Shown: piece after piece, positions 16,648 to 25,852 of the stretch
Numbering within the stretch: position 1 is the first letter of the stretch
Layout of the letters: every line of letters starts with the position of its first letter
Origin: a virus
Lineage: Duplodnaviria > Caudoviricetes
Length of the DNA stretch: 38,726 nucleotides
Virus record (IMG/VR): IMGVR_UViG_3300037310_000254
Location: 1 to 38,726 of that record
Reading direction: 5' to 3' (one strand)
Made by a program: the position numbers and the translations under genes
The notes under the pieces: model-generated
What the model saw: only the letters and a program-made list of their open reading frames with translations
Told to the model about the DNA's origin: nothing
Database searches by the model: none

Positions 16648-17973
16648 ATGAAAAAACAACCACAATGGTTTTGCAATCTCGCAACGTTTCAAGATCCAAA
16701 CATTTCTGAAGGAATGAAGCTAACCTATCGTCTTAAAGGCGAACCGGAGCTTCATTCCTTATGGTTTCCACCAAACAAAATTCCTCAATATCAGCTTTAC
16801 CTTAACAGGTTAGCTAGAAAACTGTTCGATTGGTATGAATGGAAACCCATCCATCCATACCAACCAATATGTCAGAAAACCAATCCAAAAATAAATCATC
16901 AAAACTTTTTGACTCAAAAAACTCTAAAATCTGAGCCAAATCTGGGCTCAGCTTCTTTGAAAGAGTTTCATGTTTCATGGATTTTCAAAGAAGAAACTCA
17001 GCTTTATTCTCAGGTAAGAAAAAGCTTGACGCCACACATTTTATCTCAACTCCGCCAACAATGTTCTTTTGTAGAAGTTACTGAACAATTGGCAAAACCA
17101 GAACCAGAAATTGAGTTAAGAAAAATCGAATTAAATTCTATGGCAGGATGTATTTGCCACGAGACTGGAATTAAATTCGCTGTGGATTTACAAGTTCCCG
17201 TCAAGTTTCATTTCCAACTTATTCATCCTCTTGCTCTGTGGGATAATGCAAAAGCCTTTGTTCAAAAATATCAAGAGATGGGAATTAAGTTAGAAAGTCT
17301 TGAGTCTCAAATCCTTGCAGGACTTTTGATTGTTGCTTTCAAACATCACAAACTTTTTGGTGATGTTAAAACCGACATTCGTTTTGTCAATGAAAAATTG
17401 ACAAATGAGAGTGAGAAAGAAATTCTTGCTAAGTTGGTAAAAGCCTTTTTCTCTTTGAAATCTGGAATTGGGATGCCGAAATTTAATCTCACCACAGATT
17501 TCTATTTGGACAAGCAACTCCTTCGGTATCTTTCCATTCTTAAGGGTGAAGATGAAAGTGTAGGAAACACACATAAAAGAGATAATCCTACACCTATTCA
17601 CGGACGAATCATAAAAACAGAGTCCAATGCAACAAAATTGCATATGGCTCGTAAGATTATTGGAGAAATGCTTGAGGAAAATTCATCTGGTGAGATTCGA
17701 CTTTTTCTTCTAAAGTTGAAAGCCAATTTACCTATATGGCAAGCATTACCTACTGAAAGAAAACTCACTCTCATAAAAGAGATTGAGGATAAACTCCCAA
17801 TCACTTTGAAAGGTGAAATTCTTATTCAATCTCTATCTTCCTTAAAACAAGAAATTAAAACAGAAGATGCAGGCTCTTTTTCCCAAGATTTCGACGAAAA
17901 TCAAGGAAGGAAATTTGAAATTCCTACAAGTTTGCTCAACTTCGGAAAGAAAAAGGACAAAGGAAATGACTAA
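16648..17973 (+). CDS. Hypothetical protein (441 aa)
   Basis: AAGGA RBS; central CICHETG motif; no recognised family. Confidence 0.75.
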   Translation: MKKQPQWFCNLATFQDPNISEGMKLTYRLKGEPELHSLWFPPNKIPQYQLYLNRLARKLFDWYEWKPIHPYQPICQKTNPKINHQNFLTQKTLKSEPNLGSASLKEFHVSWIFKEETQLYSQVRKSLTPHILSQLRQQCSFVEVTEQLAKPEPEIELRKIELNSMAGCICHETGIKFAVDLQVPVKFHFQLIHPLALWDNAKAFVQKYQEMGIKLESLESQILAGLLIVAFKHHKLFGDVKTDIRFVNEKLTNESEKEILAKLVKAFFSLKSGIGMPKFNLTTDFYLDKQLLRYLSILKGEDESVGNTHKRDNPTPIHGRIIKTESNATKLHMARKIIGEMLEENSSGEIRLFLLKLKANLPIWQALPTERKLTLIKEIEDKLPITLKGEILIQSLSSLKQEIKTEDAGSFSQDFDENQGRKFEIPTSLLNFGKKKDKGND

Positions 17974-18244
17974 GACAAAACCTACATTTTCAATTTATCT
18001 AGCGAATGGACACAAAAAGCCAGGGCTAGTAAAAAGTTTTTTAGATACGTATACCATTGCTCATGATGATCTAGAGTTAATGGTTGACGATGGTAGCATT
18101 TTTGATTTATATATTGAACCTGTCACAAAAGATTTCCTGTGGAGAAACGGAGAACAATTGTGCATTATTTCATTTCAAGTATATGAAAATGGTGATGCAA
18201 TAGCTGTCGCCAGACTTTACAGGAAAGAGAAAAATCATGGCTAA
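17966..18244 (+). CDS. Hypothetical protein (92 aa)
   Basis: Likely start ATG 17966 overlapping the upstream stop; AAGGA RBS. Confidence 0.65.
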   Translation: MTKTKPTFSIYLANGHKKPGLVKSFLDTYTIAHDDLELMVDDGSIFDLYIEPVTKDFLWRNGEQLCIISFQVYENGDAIAVARLYRKEKNHG

Positions 18245-19931
18245 GAAAACAACGATGATGGAGCTGTTAGCAAAGATTGGAGTTGCGGCGCAATCCTCCA
18301 ATTTCCTACCTTTAGAGCATATCCATTTCCAACTTTCTGTTGAAGAACAAGAAAAAGCTCTATACATTCCTGATCCATTACCTCAAGTTAGTTTTTCTTT
18401 GACCATCAAACTTAATGAAAAACAAATGATGGCAGCAGAATATGCCGAGAATAGAAAAAGTTTTGTTCTTACTGGAGCAGCAGGAACAGGAAAAACTACA
18501 GCACTTAGAGAAATTGCTAGAACATTAGTAGAAAGTAACAAACTGGGCACCCACGACTTTAAGTCAGGCCCAGGACCATCCATTGCATTCTGTGCATTTA
18601 CCCATGTAGCTTGTGGAAATATAAGAAAAGCAATCTTCAAAGATCCACATTTACATGCAAAACTTCAAAACAATGTGCTAACAATCCATAAACTTTTGGA
18701 ATTTGAACCAGAATTTTACACTGTGGAAGATCCAAAAACTGGGGAATTGCGTAACACGATGAGATTTATTCCTCGGCGCAATGCTTCAAATCCTTTGCAT
18801 CTTACTCATCTTATTATTGAAGAAGCATCAATGGTAGATGCGAATGGAATTTGGATGAAACTTTTTGATGCTTTACTTCCTGGATGCCAAATTATTTTCG
18901 TTGGAGATATTAACCAGCTCCAACCAATCTTTGGACCATCTGTTCTCAACCATGCTCTCATTAACTTACCAGTCGTAGAACTGACAGATGTTTATCGGCA
19001 AGCTCTTGACTCTCGGATCATTTACAATGCACATCGAGTTTTAAGAGGGGAAACACTTGAATCTGACGCCACTGAAGTAAAACTCATCCAAACTCCCTCT
19101 GGAGGAAAACTTTTAACTGAACACAAGATTTGTTTAGGATTTATAAATTCTCTTGAAAAAGAGTGGAAACAAGGCATTTACGATCCAGACACCAACATAA
19201 TTCTTTCGCCCTTCAATAAAAATGAGTTAGGTACAATCAATCTAAACAAACACATTGCCCAATTCATAGGTGATAAACGAAAAGCAGAGGTCTATGAAAT
19301 TTTTGCTGGAATGAATCGCTGGTATCTTGCTATTGGAGATAAAGTTCTTGTTCATAAAATGGATGGTGTGATTAAATCCATTCGTCACAATGGACGTTAT
19401 TTCGGAAAGATTCCAAGAGGTCCAAGTTATAATCTTACCCGCCATGGACAATATATTCCAAGGGGTGCACCAATCAACGATAAAGATTTAGAAGGAGATG
19501 AAGAAGATTTCGAACTTTCTTACCAAAACGTTAATGTGGAAGACGTTTCAGATAAAGAAAAGAAAAATGAAGCTTCTCACATTGTTGTCGTTGAACTTGA
19601 AGATGGAGAAGAGATTACTCTATCTCAAGTAGGTGATTTTAATCAACAAATTTTCAGTCTTGGATACGCATTGACTGTCCATAAAGCTCAAGGACGAGAA
19701 TGGGCGCGCGTATATATAATGATCCACAAAAACCAAGCTACACTTCTTTCCAGAGAGCTTATTTATACAGCCCTCACAAGAGCAAGCAAGGAGGTAATTA
19801 TCAACGACCAAACAAATTACTTGACCAAGGCTCTTAAAACTCAACGAGTTAAAGGAAATACTACCTTGGAGAAAATCGAATGGTTTAACTCTAAGATAAG
19901 TCTCGAAGTTCCAATTCCTCTCATTCCTTAG
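18237..19931 (+). CDS. RecD/Dda-like SF1B helicase
   Basis: GAAGTGKTT, TIHKLL, IIEEASMV, VGDINQLQPI, LTDVYRQ, YALTVHKAQGRE, YTALTRA. Confidence 0.93.
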   Translation: MAKKTTMMELLAKIGVAAQSSNFLPLEHIHFQLSVEEQEKALYIPDPLPQVSFSLTIKLNEKQMMAAEYAENRKSFVLTGAAGTGKTTALREIARTLVESNKLGTHDFKSGPGPSIAFCAFTHVACGNIRKAIFKDPHLHAKLQNNVLTIHKLLEFEPEFYTVEDPKTGELRNTMRFIPRRNASNPLHLTHLIIEEASMVDANGIWMKLFDALLPGCQIIFVGDINQLQPIFGPSVLNHALINLPVVELTDVYRQALDSRIIYNAHRVLRGETLESDATEVKLIQTPSGGKLLTEHKICLGFINSLEKEWKQGIYDPDTNIILSPFNKNELGTINLNKHIAQFIGDKRKAEVYEIFAGMNRWYLAIGDKVLVHKMDGVIKSIRHNGRYFGKIPRGPSYNLTRHGQYIPRGAPINDKDLEGDEEDFELSYQNVNVEDVSDKEKKNEASHIVVVELEDGEEITLSQVGDFNQQIFSLGYALTVHKAQGREWARVYIMIHKNQATLLSRELIYTALTRASKEVIINDQTNYLTKALKTQRVKGNTTLEKIEWFNSKISLEVPIPLIP

Positions 19932-19941
19932 GAGAACAACC

Positions 19942-20187
19942 ATGAAACCAAAAAAAGCTATATATGTTGATACTCCAGCCAGAAAAATTGCCAGAGTTCG
20001 TAACTGGGCAATTTATAAATTGGCCGGCATCCATTCAAATCTTTTGCAACTTTATTCTTTCGAACTAACAAAAATGGAGTTAGGGAGTGAAGATTATAAA
20101 CGAGCCTCCATAGCACTTATCCAAGCAACAAAAGCCGTACAAGAGTTTCGATCCATTCTTCGTAACCAACCAAAAGGACGCCCATAA
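19942..20187 (+). CDS. Hypothetical protein
   Basis: 81 aa, AGGAG RBS, basic. Confidence 0.7.
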   Translation: MKPKKAIYVDTPARKIARVRNWAIYKLAGIHSNLLQLYSFELTKMELGSEDYKRASIALIQATKAVQEFRSILRNQPKGRP

Positions 20188-20372
20188 TGAACAGTCTTAC
20201 ACTCGAAAAAAGCATTATTGCTGTTTGGAAACTCAAAGACTTACATGCAACTTGTTTTTTTCTCATTGGAGCAATGAGCGCACTTTCTTTTTCTAACCCA
20301 GATTATATTGAATTGGAGTTTCTTTTGAATATTACCCAAACAAAACAAACTATGGAGAAAGAAAAAAAATGA
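20187..20372 (+). CDS. Hypothetical protein
   Basis: 61 aa, TAATG coupling, AAGGA RBS. Confidence 0.6.
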   Translation: MNSLTLEKSIIAVWKLKDLHATCFFLIGAMSALSFSNPDYIELEFLLNITQTKQTMEKEKK

Positions 20373-20782
20373 TTAACATCGCCAAGCGTTGTGCAGAACT
20401 TATGAAAATCCATTCTGAGTTAAAGAAAGAGTTTGAACTTCCTTTAACTCTTAATCTTATTTTTCGTCCAGATTATGATAATGGCATTGCAAAAAGATTC
20501 TCAGATGGAACACGTAGAATTTACATTCCTGGTTGGACACTTCAACGTAAAGAATTTGAAGTTTCACTTCATTATCTTTTACACGAATTAGCCCATCATA
20601 TTGTAGGAATTAAACATCAGCATGATTCTATTTTTGAAAAACAAGAACGAGAATTATTACAACGTTATGGATATACATTATCTAGTTATGTCGTTCCAGA
20701 TGAAACAGGAAAACCAGCTTATGCAATGTATTTATATCCAATTAACGATTTCGAAAAGAAAATTTACCTATTCAAAACTTAA
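20369..20782 (+). CDS. SprT/WLM-like zinc metalloprotease
   Basis: LLHELAHH..(H)..HDSIF: HExxH plus downstream HxxxF. Confidence 0.7.
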   Translation: MINIAKRCAELMKIHSELKKEFELPLTLNLIFRPDYDNGIAKRFSDGTRRIYIPGWTLQRKEFEVSLHYLLHELAHHIVGIKHQHDSIFEKQERELLQRYGYTLSSYVVPDETGKPAYAMYLYPINDFEKKIYLFKT

Positions 20783-20796
20783 CCTTAATATAGAAC

Positions 20797-20825
20797 TTGA
20801 CTCAAAATCGAAGAAGTGATACCCT
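20797..20825 (+). promoter_or_regulatory. Probable sigma70 promoter
   Basis: TTGACT-17 nt-TACCCT with an extended -10 TG, in an intergenic gap. Confidence 0.55.
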
Positions 20826-20853
20826 ATAATGGGAAATTTTGAAAGGAAAACTC

Positions 20854-21129
20854 ATGACTAAGAATGAATTTTTAGAACTATGTTCTTCTAAGGGAAAAAT
20901 TCTTCACCAAATCACACTTACCATGCACCCTTTTACACACGAACTTGTTTGGTTTGAATTAAATTCTCATCCTGAACAAGTAAATTGCAACATTCTTACG
21001 GAGGCATTTGGACACACAAATATCATAATTGTCCATTCGGACATAAAAATGATTCAACTTCCTCAAGTTCTTTTGTTTTGCAATCAAATGATGATAAAAG
21101 ACGTTCAACCAAAAGGACAGCCATGTTAA
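20854..21129 (+). CDS. Hypothetical protein
   Basis: ATG 20854 after GAAAGGA. Confidence 0.65.
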   Translation: MTKNEFLELCSSKGKILHQITLTMHPFTHELVWFELNSHPEQVNCNILTEAFGHTNIIIVHSDIKMIQLPQVLLFCNQMMIKDVQPKGQPC

Positions 21130-21410
21130 ATCTTTCAATTGGAGGAGCCTTGGCAATAAAAGTTTTGAACGGGGAGCTGGCCTTCTACAACTACCTCCAA
21201 TTAAGACATTGGTTAGAAGAAAAATACCCTTACATTCTCCCTAAAGACCGACAACCCTCAATAGATTTTGCTCAATCTTCTTTTCTCTCACTCCACACTT
21301 TCGAAGGAGACATTGGAACCTTTTGTGTTCTTATTGGAATGCTAATCTCGACTCTTACTTTTTCCGAACAAGAGCAGGTAGCAACATGGCTGAAGAAGAA
21401 CTGTCACTAA
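21123..21410 (+). CDS. Hypothetical protein
   Basis: ATG 21123 after AAAGGA, overlapping the previous stop. Confidence 0.65.
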   Translation: MLNLSIGGALAIKVLNGELAFYNYLQLRHWLEEKYPYILPKDRQPSIDFAQSSFLSLHTFEGDIGTFCVLIGMLISTLTFSEQEQVATWLKKNCH

Positions 21411-21679
21411 ATGATCTTTGGAAAGCTCTCCAAGAATCTGGAGAGCTTATTCTTTTAATTGACAAAAATGATGAAGATCGTACAAAACGAGGACTTATTA
21501 AACGAAAAGCAAATCAAAACTCAAAACTTCGCCAATCAGGAATTGAACCAATCCCACAAGAGTTAGAATTTCATATAACTCCATATCCAGAAGACCTTTC
21601 CCTTATCTACTTTCATTGTGTCTTAGTAGATAAAGAAAAGATCTTAGTTTATGAACGATTTGTTCCCGATGATGTATAG
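21386..21679 (+). CDS. Hypothetical protein
   Basis: ATG 21386 (MAEEELSLNDLW...), AGGT RBS. Confidence 0.7.
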   Translation: MAEEELSLNDLWKALQESGELILLIDKNDEDRTKRGLIKRKANQNSKLRQSGIEPIPQELEFHITPYPEDLSLIYFHCVLVDKEKILVYERFVPDDV

Positions 21680-21763
21680 CCTCGATGGTGGAATTGGTAG
21701 ACACAAGGGACTTAAAATCCCTCGCTTTTCAGCGTATCGGTTCGAGTCCGATTCGAGGCACCA
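21679..21763 (+). tRNA. tRNA-Leu (anticodon TAA)
   Basis: Acceptor GCCTCGA/TCGAGGC + ACCA; D arm GTG-GAATTGGTAGA-CAC; anticodon arm AGGGA-CTTAAAA-TCCCT; long variable arm CGCT/AGCG; T arm ATCGG-TTCGAGT-CCGAT. Confidence 0.97.
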
Positions 21764-21784
21764 TTCTTTGAAAGGAGAAACACC

Positions 21785-21877
21785 ATGACTTGTATCTTGT
21801 ACGGAATGCTTGGAACTTCCATAGCTCTTGTAATCTTCTACGTCTGGACTTTGATTGGGATAAAAGACGATGAGTGA
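21785..21877 (+). CDS. 30-aa single-pass membrane peptide
   Basis: Not in track; AAAGGAG RBS, MTCILYGMLGTSIALVIFYVWTLIGIKDDE*, overlaps the next start. Confidence 0.7.
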   Translation: MTCILYGMLGTSIALVIFYVWTLIGIKDDE

Positions 21878-22235
21878 CATTGACGAAAATGATTTGATTC
21901 TTGACCCTGATTTGGTTGTTTCAATCGAACCAATTGAACTAACAACCGAACAGCTTCAAGAAAAAATCAAAACTCTTTCTACGACAAGCGAAGGGGAAGA
22001 TCTTAGATTTGCAATGCGAGATTTGAAAAAAGCTCTACTTGCAAATCCTAGTGCTTGTGCTTTACTTGGTCCAGAAGATATCGGTGAGATGGTAAAACAT
22101 CTCAAACGAATGATTGGACCAGAACTTGAAAAAGCAGACTCGAAAAAAGCTGTCAAAGCGGCAAAAGAAGTTATGGGGAAAGTGAAGAAACTTTCAGAAA
22201 TCAATTTTGCAGAATTGGAGGATGATGATGTTTAG
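21870..22235 (+). CDS. Hypothetical helical protein
   Basis: 121 aa with acidic termini. Confidence 0.75.
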   Translation: MSDIDENDLILDPDLVVSIEPIELTTEQLQEKIKTLSTTSEGEDLRFAMRDLKKALLANPSACALLGPEDIGEMVKHLKRMIGPELEKADSKKAVKAAKEVMGKVKKLSEINFAELEDDDV

Positions 22236-22458
22236 AACTCATAAATATTTGGTTTTTCAACAAGAGTTACCGAAGGCCAAGCGAATTGTAAATCGGGATG
22301 GCACAGCTTATAACGAATATTTTGGAGAACTTCGACAAATTGCAATTGTGCATGCCAAAGATAGTCTTGACGCATTTACTCAAGCTAAAAAACTTGGCAT
22401 TACACATCCTGTAATTGAAAATCAAAAAGGTTACGATAGCAATGGCCGGCCTCTTTAA
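22228..22458 (+). CDS. Hypothetical protein
   Basis: ATG after GGAGG; MFRTHKYLVFQQE... Confidence 0.65.
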   Translation: MFRTHKYLVFQQELPKAKRIVNRDGTAYNEYFGELRQIAIVHAKDSLDAFTQAKKLGITHPVIENQKGYDSNGRPL

Positions 22459-23338
22459 TCCACCTCTCCAAATAAGTCACTCTAGTTTAGAATTGTTCAA
22501 CACTTGTGAACGTAAATACCAACTCACAAAGCTATTGATGAATTCTAATTTAAGAGAAACTGCGCCTCACTTTTCAAGAGGACATTCTTATGGAGCTATG
22601 GTGCAACATTACATGCTCACTGGATCAGAAGATCAAGCACTTTATCATGCTTGGCTAGCTTACGAACCTGAAGTAGAAGATTCTACAAAAGGAATAACCC
22701 TAGCTACCACACTTGGTATTTTTGAAAAAATCAAGGATCAACTTGACCTTCTGAGACTTGAGTGGGAAGTAGCTATTTTTAATGGAAAACCGGCCATTGA
22801 GTTAAGTTTCAAGTTGCTAATTGAGGACGATTTTATTTACATTGGATTTGTCGATTTAGTCGTTCGAAATAAAATCTCAGGAATTTATGCTGTCTTTGAA
22901 GAAAAAACAACTTCAATTACGGTAAAAGATGTGGCGCCCCTTTATAAAAATTCCAATCAGGCAATCGTCTATTCTGCGGTACTTGATCAAATCGCGGGAG
23001 AAGAACTTACAAGTTATGCAATTGTTTATCCAGTGATGCAAGATGTTAAGGGCACAATCGCTTTTCATGTTTTCACATTCCAAAAAACTCTCATTGATCG
23101 ACTTCAAGCATTTCTTTCCATTGGATTAGATGTAGAAAGAATCCGAAAGTGTGAAACACTTGGAGTTTATCCAAGACGTGGTTCTAAATGTATGGCGTAT
23201 AATAAGGTTTGCGCCCATTATGGAACCTGTACTTTACAGGGAGCTGATATGCCAGCTGAACGCCAACCCAATAATGATTCCTTTGACTTTACTTTCAAGT
23301 TAGAGGATATCATTGCTAACCATTTGAGGAGAGTTTAA
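22442..23338 (+). CDS. PD-(D/E)XK exonuclease, AddB/Cas4-like
   Basis: SHSSLELFNTCERKY, GFVDLV..VFEEKT, QxxxY, C-terminal Cx6Cx5C completing a 4-Cys set. Confidence 0.85.
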   Translation: MAGLFNPPLQISHSSLELFNTCERKYQLTKLLMNSNLRETAPHFSRGHSYGAMVQHYMLTGSEDQALYHAWLAYEPEVEDSTKGITLATTLGIFEKIKDQLDLLRLEWEVAIFNGKPAIELSFKLLIEDDFIYIGFVDLVVRNKISGIYAVFEEKTTSITVKDVAPLYKNSNQAIVYSAVLDQIAGEELTSYAIVYPVMQDVKGTIAFHVFTFQKTLIDRLQAFLSIGLDVERIRKCETLGVYPRRGSKCMAYNKVCAHYGTCTLQGADMPAERQPNNDSFDFTFKLEDIIANHLRRV

Positions 23339-23339
23339 T

Positions 23340-23540
23340 ATGGATGAAAATTCTAAAATCGAAGAAATTTCTAAAGTTGAACGAAAGAAAATAGGTCCTA
23401 TTGAACTTAAGGGATTTGAAGTTAAAAAGTTTGGGGTTAGTATCGAATATGGAGTTCCTGTTCCTCGCTTTATTAACTCTGACGTTTTTCGTGGAATTGA
23501 AGTTTTTCAACTAAATGGAGATAAGAAATGGAAAATATGA
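23340..23540 (+). CDS. Hypothetical protein
   Basis: 66 aa, GAGGAG RBS, IEYGVPVP motif. Confidence 0.6.
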   Translation: MDENSKIEEISKVERKKIGPIELKGFEVKKFGVSIEYGVPVPRFINSDVFRGIEVFQLNGDKKWKI

Positions 23541-24439
23541 ACAACATCGTTATTGTTTATCATGAAAATTGCAATGACGGACTTATGTCAGCTGCAATTC
23601 TAAAGACTCATTTTGAAAACCAAGAAATCTATCCTTATGTTCATCCACTTGGATATACAGTAGATTCACAAACAAGAATTTTTAATACCTTGAACAATTT
23701 TTTATTTCCAGACAAAATGTGTCTTTACTTTGTTGATATTTCTTTACCATTGGAAAAACTTAAACAGCTTGTTCCAAATTTCAAACAAACTATTGTCATG
23801 GATCATCATGACGATACTATGCGCCAAGAAGTTAACAATTGGTTCATGGAATCTCGGCCAGACAACTTCATGATGATTTTTGATCCAAAACGCTCAGGAG
23901 CTGGAATTGTTTGGGATTATCTCTATCCAGATCAAACACGCCCTTATGCTGTTAATTGGATTGAAGATAGAGATCTTTGGAAATGGCAATGGCCAGAAGA
24001 ATCTAAAGCCTTACATCTTGCAATTAGCACAGAACCTCGAACGATTGAAAATTTCGAACGACTTCTTCATCCTCAATTTAAGTTAAGTCGCTTTCTTGAT
24101 ATGGGAAAAGCCATTGCTAAGTTTGAAATCCAAGTAAAAGAAAACATCAAACGCTATGCTTGGCAACCTATTCCAGAGTTGGTAATGGTTAATTGTCCTG
24201 CTCAATTCTCTTCTGACGTAGGACATGAACTTATCCAAGAGAAAAATTGTTTTGTTGTTTGTCTTTTTGAAGTCTTGTCAGATCGTATTAAACTTGCCTT
24301 TCGAAGTACTAATGGCCAAGCTAAACAACTCGCAGAATCTATGGGAGGTGGAGGACATCCAACTGCCGCAGGGGCGCATGTCTTTTATCTTGACATCAAG
24401 AAACTTGAGCAACAACTTTGTAAAGGAGTAGAAAAATGA
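23528..24439 (+). CDS. DHH/DHHA1 phosphoesterase (NrnB-like)
   Basis: YHxxCxDG, FVDIS, MDHH, SGAG, EDRDLW, GGGGHPTAAG. Confidence 0.9.
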   Translation: MENMNNIVIVYHENCNDGLMSAAILKTHFENQEIYPYVHPLGYTVDSQTRIFNTLNNFLFPDKMCLYFVDISLPLEKLKQLVPNFKQTIVMDHHDDTMRQEVNNWFMESRPDNFMMIFDPKRSGAGIVWDYLYPDQTRPYAVNWIEDRDLWKWQWPEESKALHLAISTEPRTIENFERLLHPQFKLSRFLDMGKAIAKFEIQVKENIKRYAWQPIPELVMVNCPAQFSSDVGHELIQEKNCFVVCLFEVLSDRIKLAFRSTNGQAKQLAESMGGGGHPTAAGAHVFYLDIKKLEQQLCKGVEK

Positions 24440-24894
24440 GCCCACAAGAGAAACAAATGCAATTCATTATGCTTGCCGAACAGGAAGTTTTTCCATTGAG
24501 GCAAGTTCTCGATCCACAAACAAAAATTCCACATTCAGCCATTCTTTATCAAAAACTTATCATCGAAGAAGCTACAGAACTTTCTGAAAGTTTGGAAGTT
24601 TGTATCAATTCTTCCTATGAGGATGAGCGACGTAATGCAGTTGTTGCTCTCACAAGAGAGTGTGCAGATCTGCTCTATGTTCTTTGTGGATTTTGTAATA
24701 CTCTTGGAATTCCTTTAGAATCTGCTTTCAATGAAGTTCATGCAGCTAACATGACCAAAGGAATTCTTAACGAAGAAGGAGACTATGAACTCTTTTATCG
24801 TGAAGATGGAAAGGTTCTTAAACCAGAAGGATGGCAACCTCCCAACATTGATCGCGTTTTGGACAATCAACTTATTCTCGATTCCTTTTCTTAA
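24436..24894 (+). CDS. MazG-like NTP pyrophosphohydrolase (PRA-PH/DR2231-like)
   Basis: LIIEEATEL, ECADLLYV, EVHAANMTK, REDGKVLKPEGWQPP. Confidence 0.88.
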   Translation: MSPQEKQMQFIMLAEQEVFPLRQVLDPQTKIPHSAILYQKLIIEEATELSESLEVCINSSYEDERRNAVVALTRECADLLYVLCGFCNTLGIPLESAFNEVHAANMTKGILNEEGDYELFYREDGKVLKPEGWQPPNIDRVLDNQLILDSFS

Positions 24895-24902
24895 CTAAAG
24901 CC

Positions 24903-24941
24903 CAATGTAAGACTTTAGGAAACTTCTGAAGTCTTACGTTG
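24903..24941 (+). promoter_or_regulatory. Long stem-loop, possible RNase III or stabilising element
   Basis: CAATGTAAGACTTTAGG pairs with TCTGAAGTCTTACGTTG using three G-U pairs; lies just before an AAGGAG RBS. Confidence 0.6.
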
Positions 24942-24958
24942 TACCTCAAGGAGCTAAC

Positions 24959-25825
24959 ATGAAACTTGTCGAACTTGCAAAAGCAATTAAAGAAAAACCT
25001 CCCGGACAAACCATTCTTATTTATGGAGATCCTAAGTCAGGAAAAACTGCTCTTGCTGCAACAATGGCAAAACTTCCATGGATCCATCGGATTTTTTGGT
25101 TTGATCTTGAAAAGGGAAGTGACACCATTCTGACAATGTATAAACTTGGATTTCTTTCTGCAGAAGAAGCAGATAAATTTGAAATCTATCGTATTCCAGA
25201 TTCTCCATTAGTGCCAAGAGCTTTCGAAACTATCATGAAAGTTCTTAGTTCAAAAAAGAAATTTACTATTTGCAATGAGCATGGAAAAGCTGACTGTGCT
25301 GTTTGCAAAGAAGGAAAACATGAATTTGAACTGGGCGCCTTAGGACAACATGATGCTGTTGTTATAGATTCAGGCTCTCAACTTGGTGATTCTGTTTTGA
25401 ATTTTTATTGTGCAGGAAAGCCTCTAGATTTCAAACCAGGTTGGGATGAGTATGGACCACAAATTCGTGTTCTGTCAGATTTTATGACAATCATCCAGCA
25501 AGGAGGCACTAATTTTGTGGTTCTTACTCATATTCTTGTGGTTGAAGAAGATAACATAGATCGTTATTTTCCTTTACTTGGCACTAAAAATTTCTCAATG
25601 AAATGTGCCAAATATTTTGACCACGTAATTTTAACCTCAATGAGAGCTAAGAAACACGAAGCCGGATCAAGCACTGGATTCAAACTTAATGCCATAACAG
25701 GTTCACGTTCCAACTTAAAAATGGAAAAGTTAGACAAGCCTGATTTTGGACTTGCATTCAAACTTTTACAAGAGGAGAACGAAGGCATCATTAAGGTTTT
25801 GCAAGCCGTAGATGTAACTGCTTAA
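24959..25825 (+). CDS. AAA_24 / Sak4-like ATPase (recombinase-type)
   Basis: GDPKSGKT, FDLEKG, VVIDSGS, VVLTH, KYFDHV; Zn-finger-like insert CNEHGKADCAVC. Confidence 0.8.
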   Translation: MKLVELAKAIKEKPPGQTILIYGDPKSGKTALAATMAKLPWIHRIFWFDLEKGSDTILTMYKLGFLSAEEADKFEIYRIPDSPLVPRAFETIMKVLSSKKKFTICNEHGKADCAVCKEGKHEFELGALGQHDAVVIDSGSQLGDSVLNFYCAGKPLDFKPGWDEYGPQIRVLSDFMTIIQQGGTNFVVLTHILVVEEDNIDRYFPLLGTKNFSMKCAKYFDHVILTSMRAKKHEAGSSTGFKLNAITGSRSNLKMEKLDKPDFGLAFKLLQEENEGIIKVLQAVDVTA

Positions 25826-25852
25826 CCCTTTCCTTTCTTTTGGAGTTTGATC

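Noticed and set aside
21679-21763. tRNA as an attachment site or suppressor tRNA
   Set aside because: No integrase or duplicated tRNA end; anticodon TAA reads UUA (Leu), and genes are intact under the standard code.
21644-21880. 78-aa minus-strand ORF
   Set aside because: Antisense to the tRNA and the 30-aa gene.
22442-23338. Cas4-like gene as part of a CRISPR system
   Set aside because: No repeat-spacer array or other cas gene seen; the context is a recombination module.
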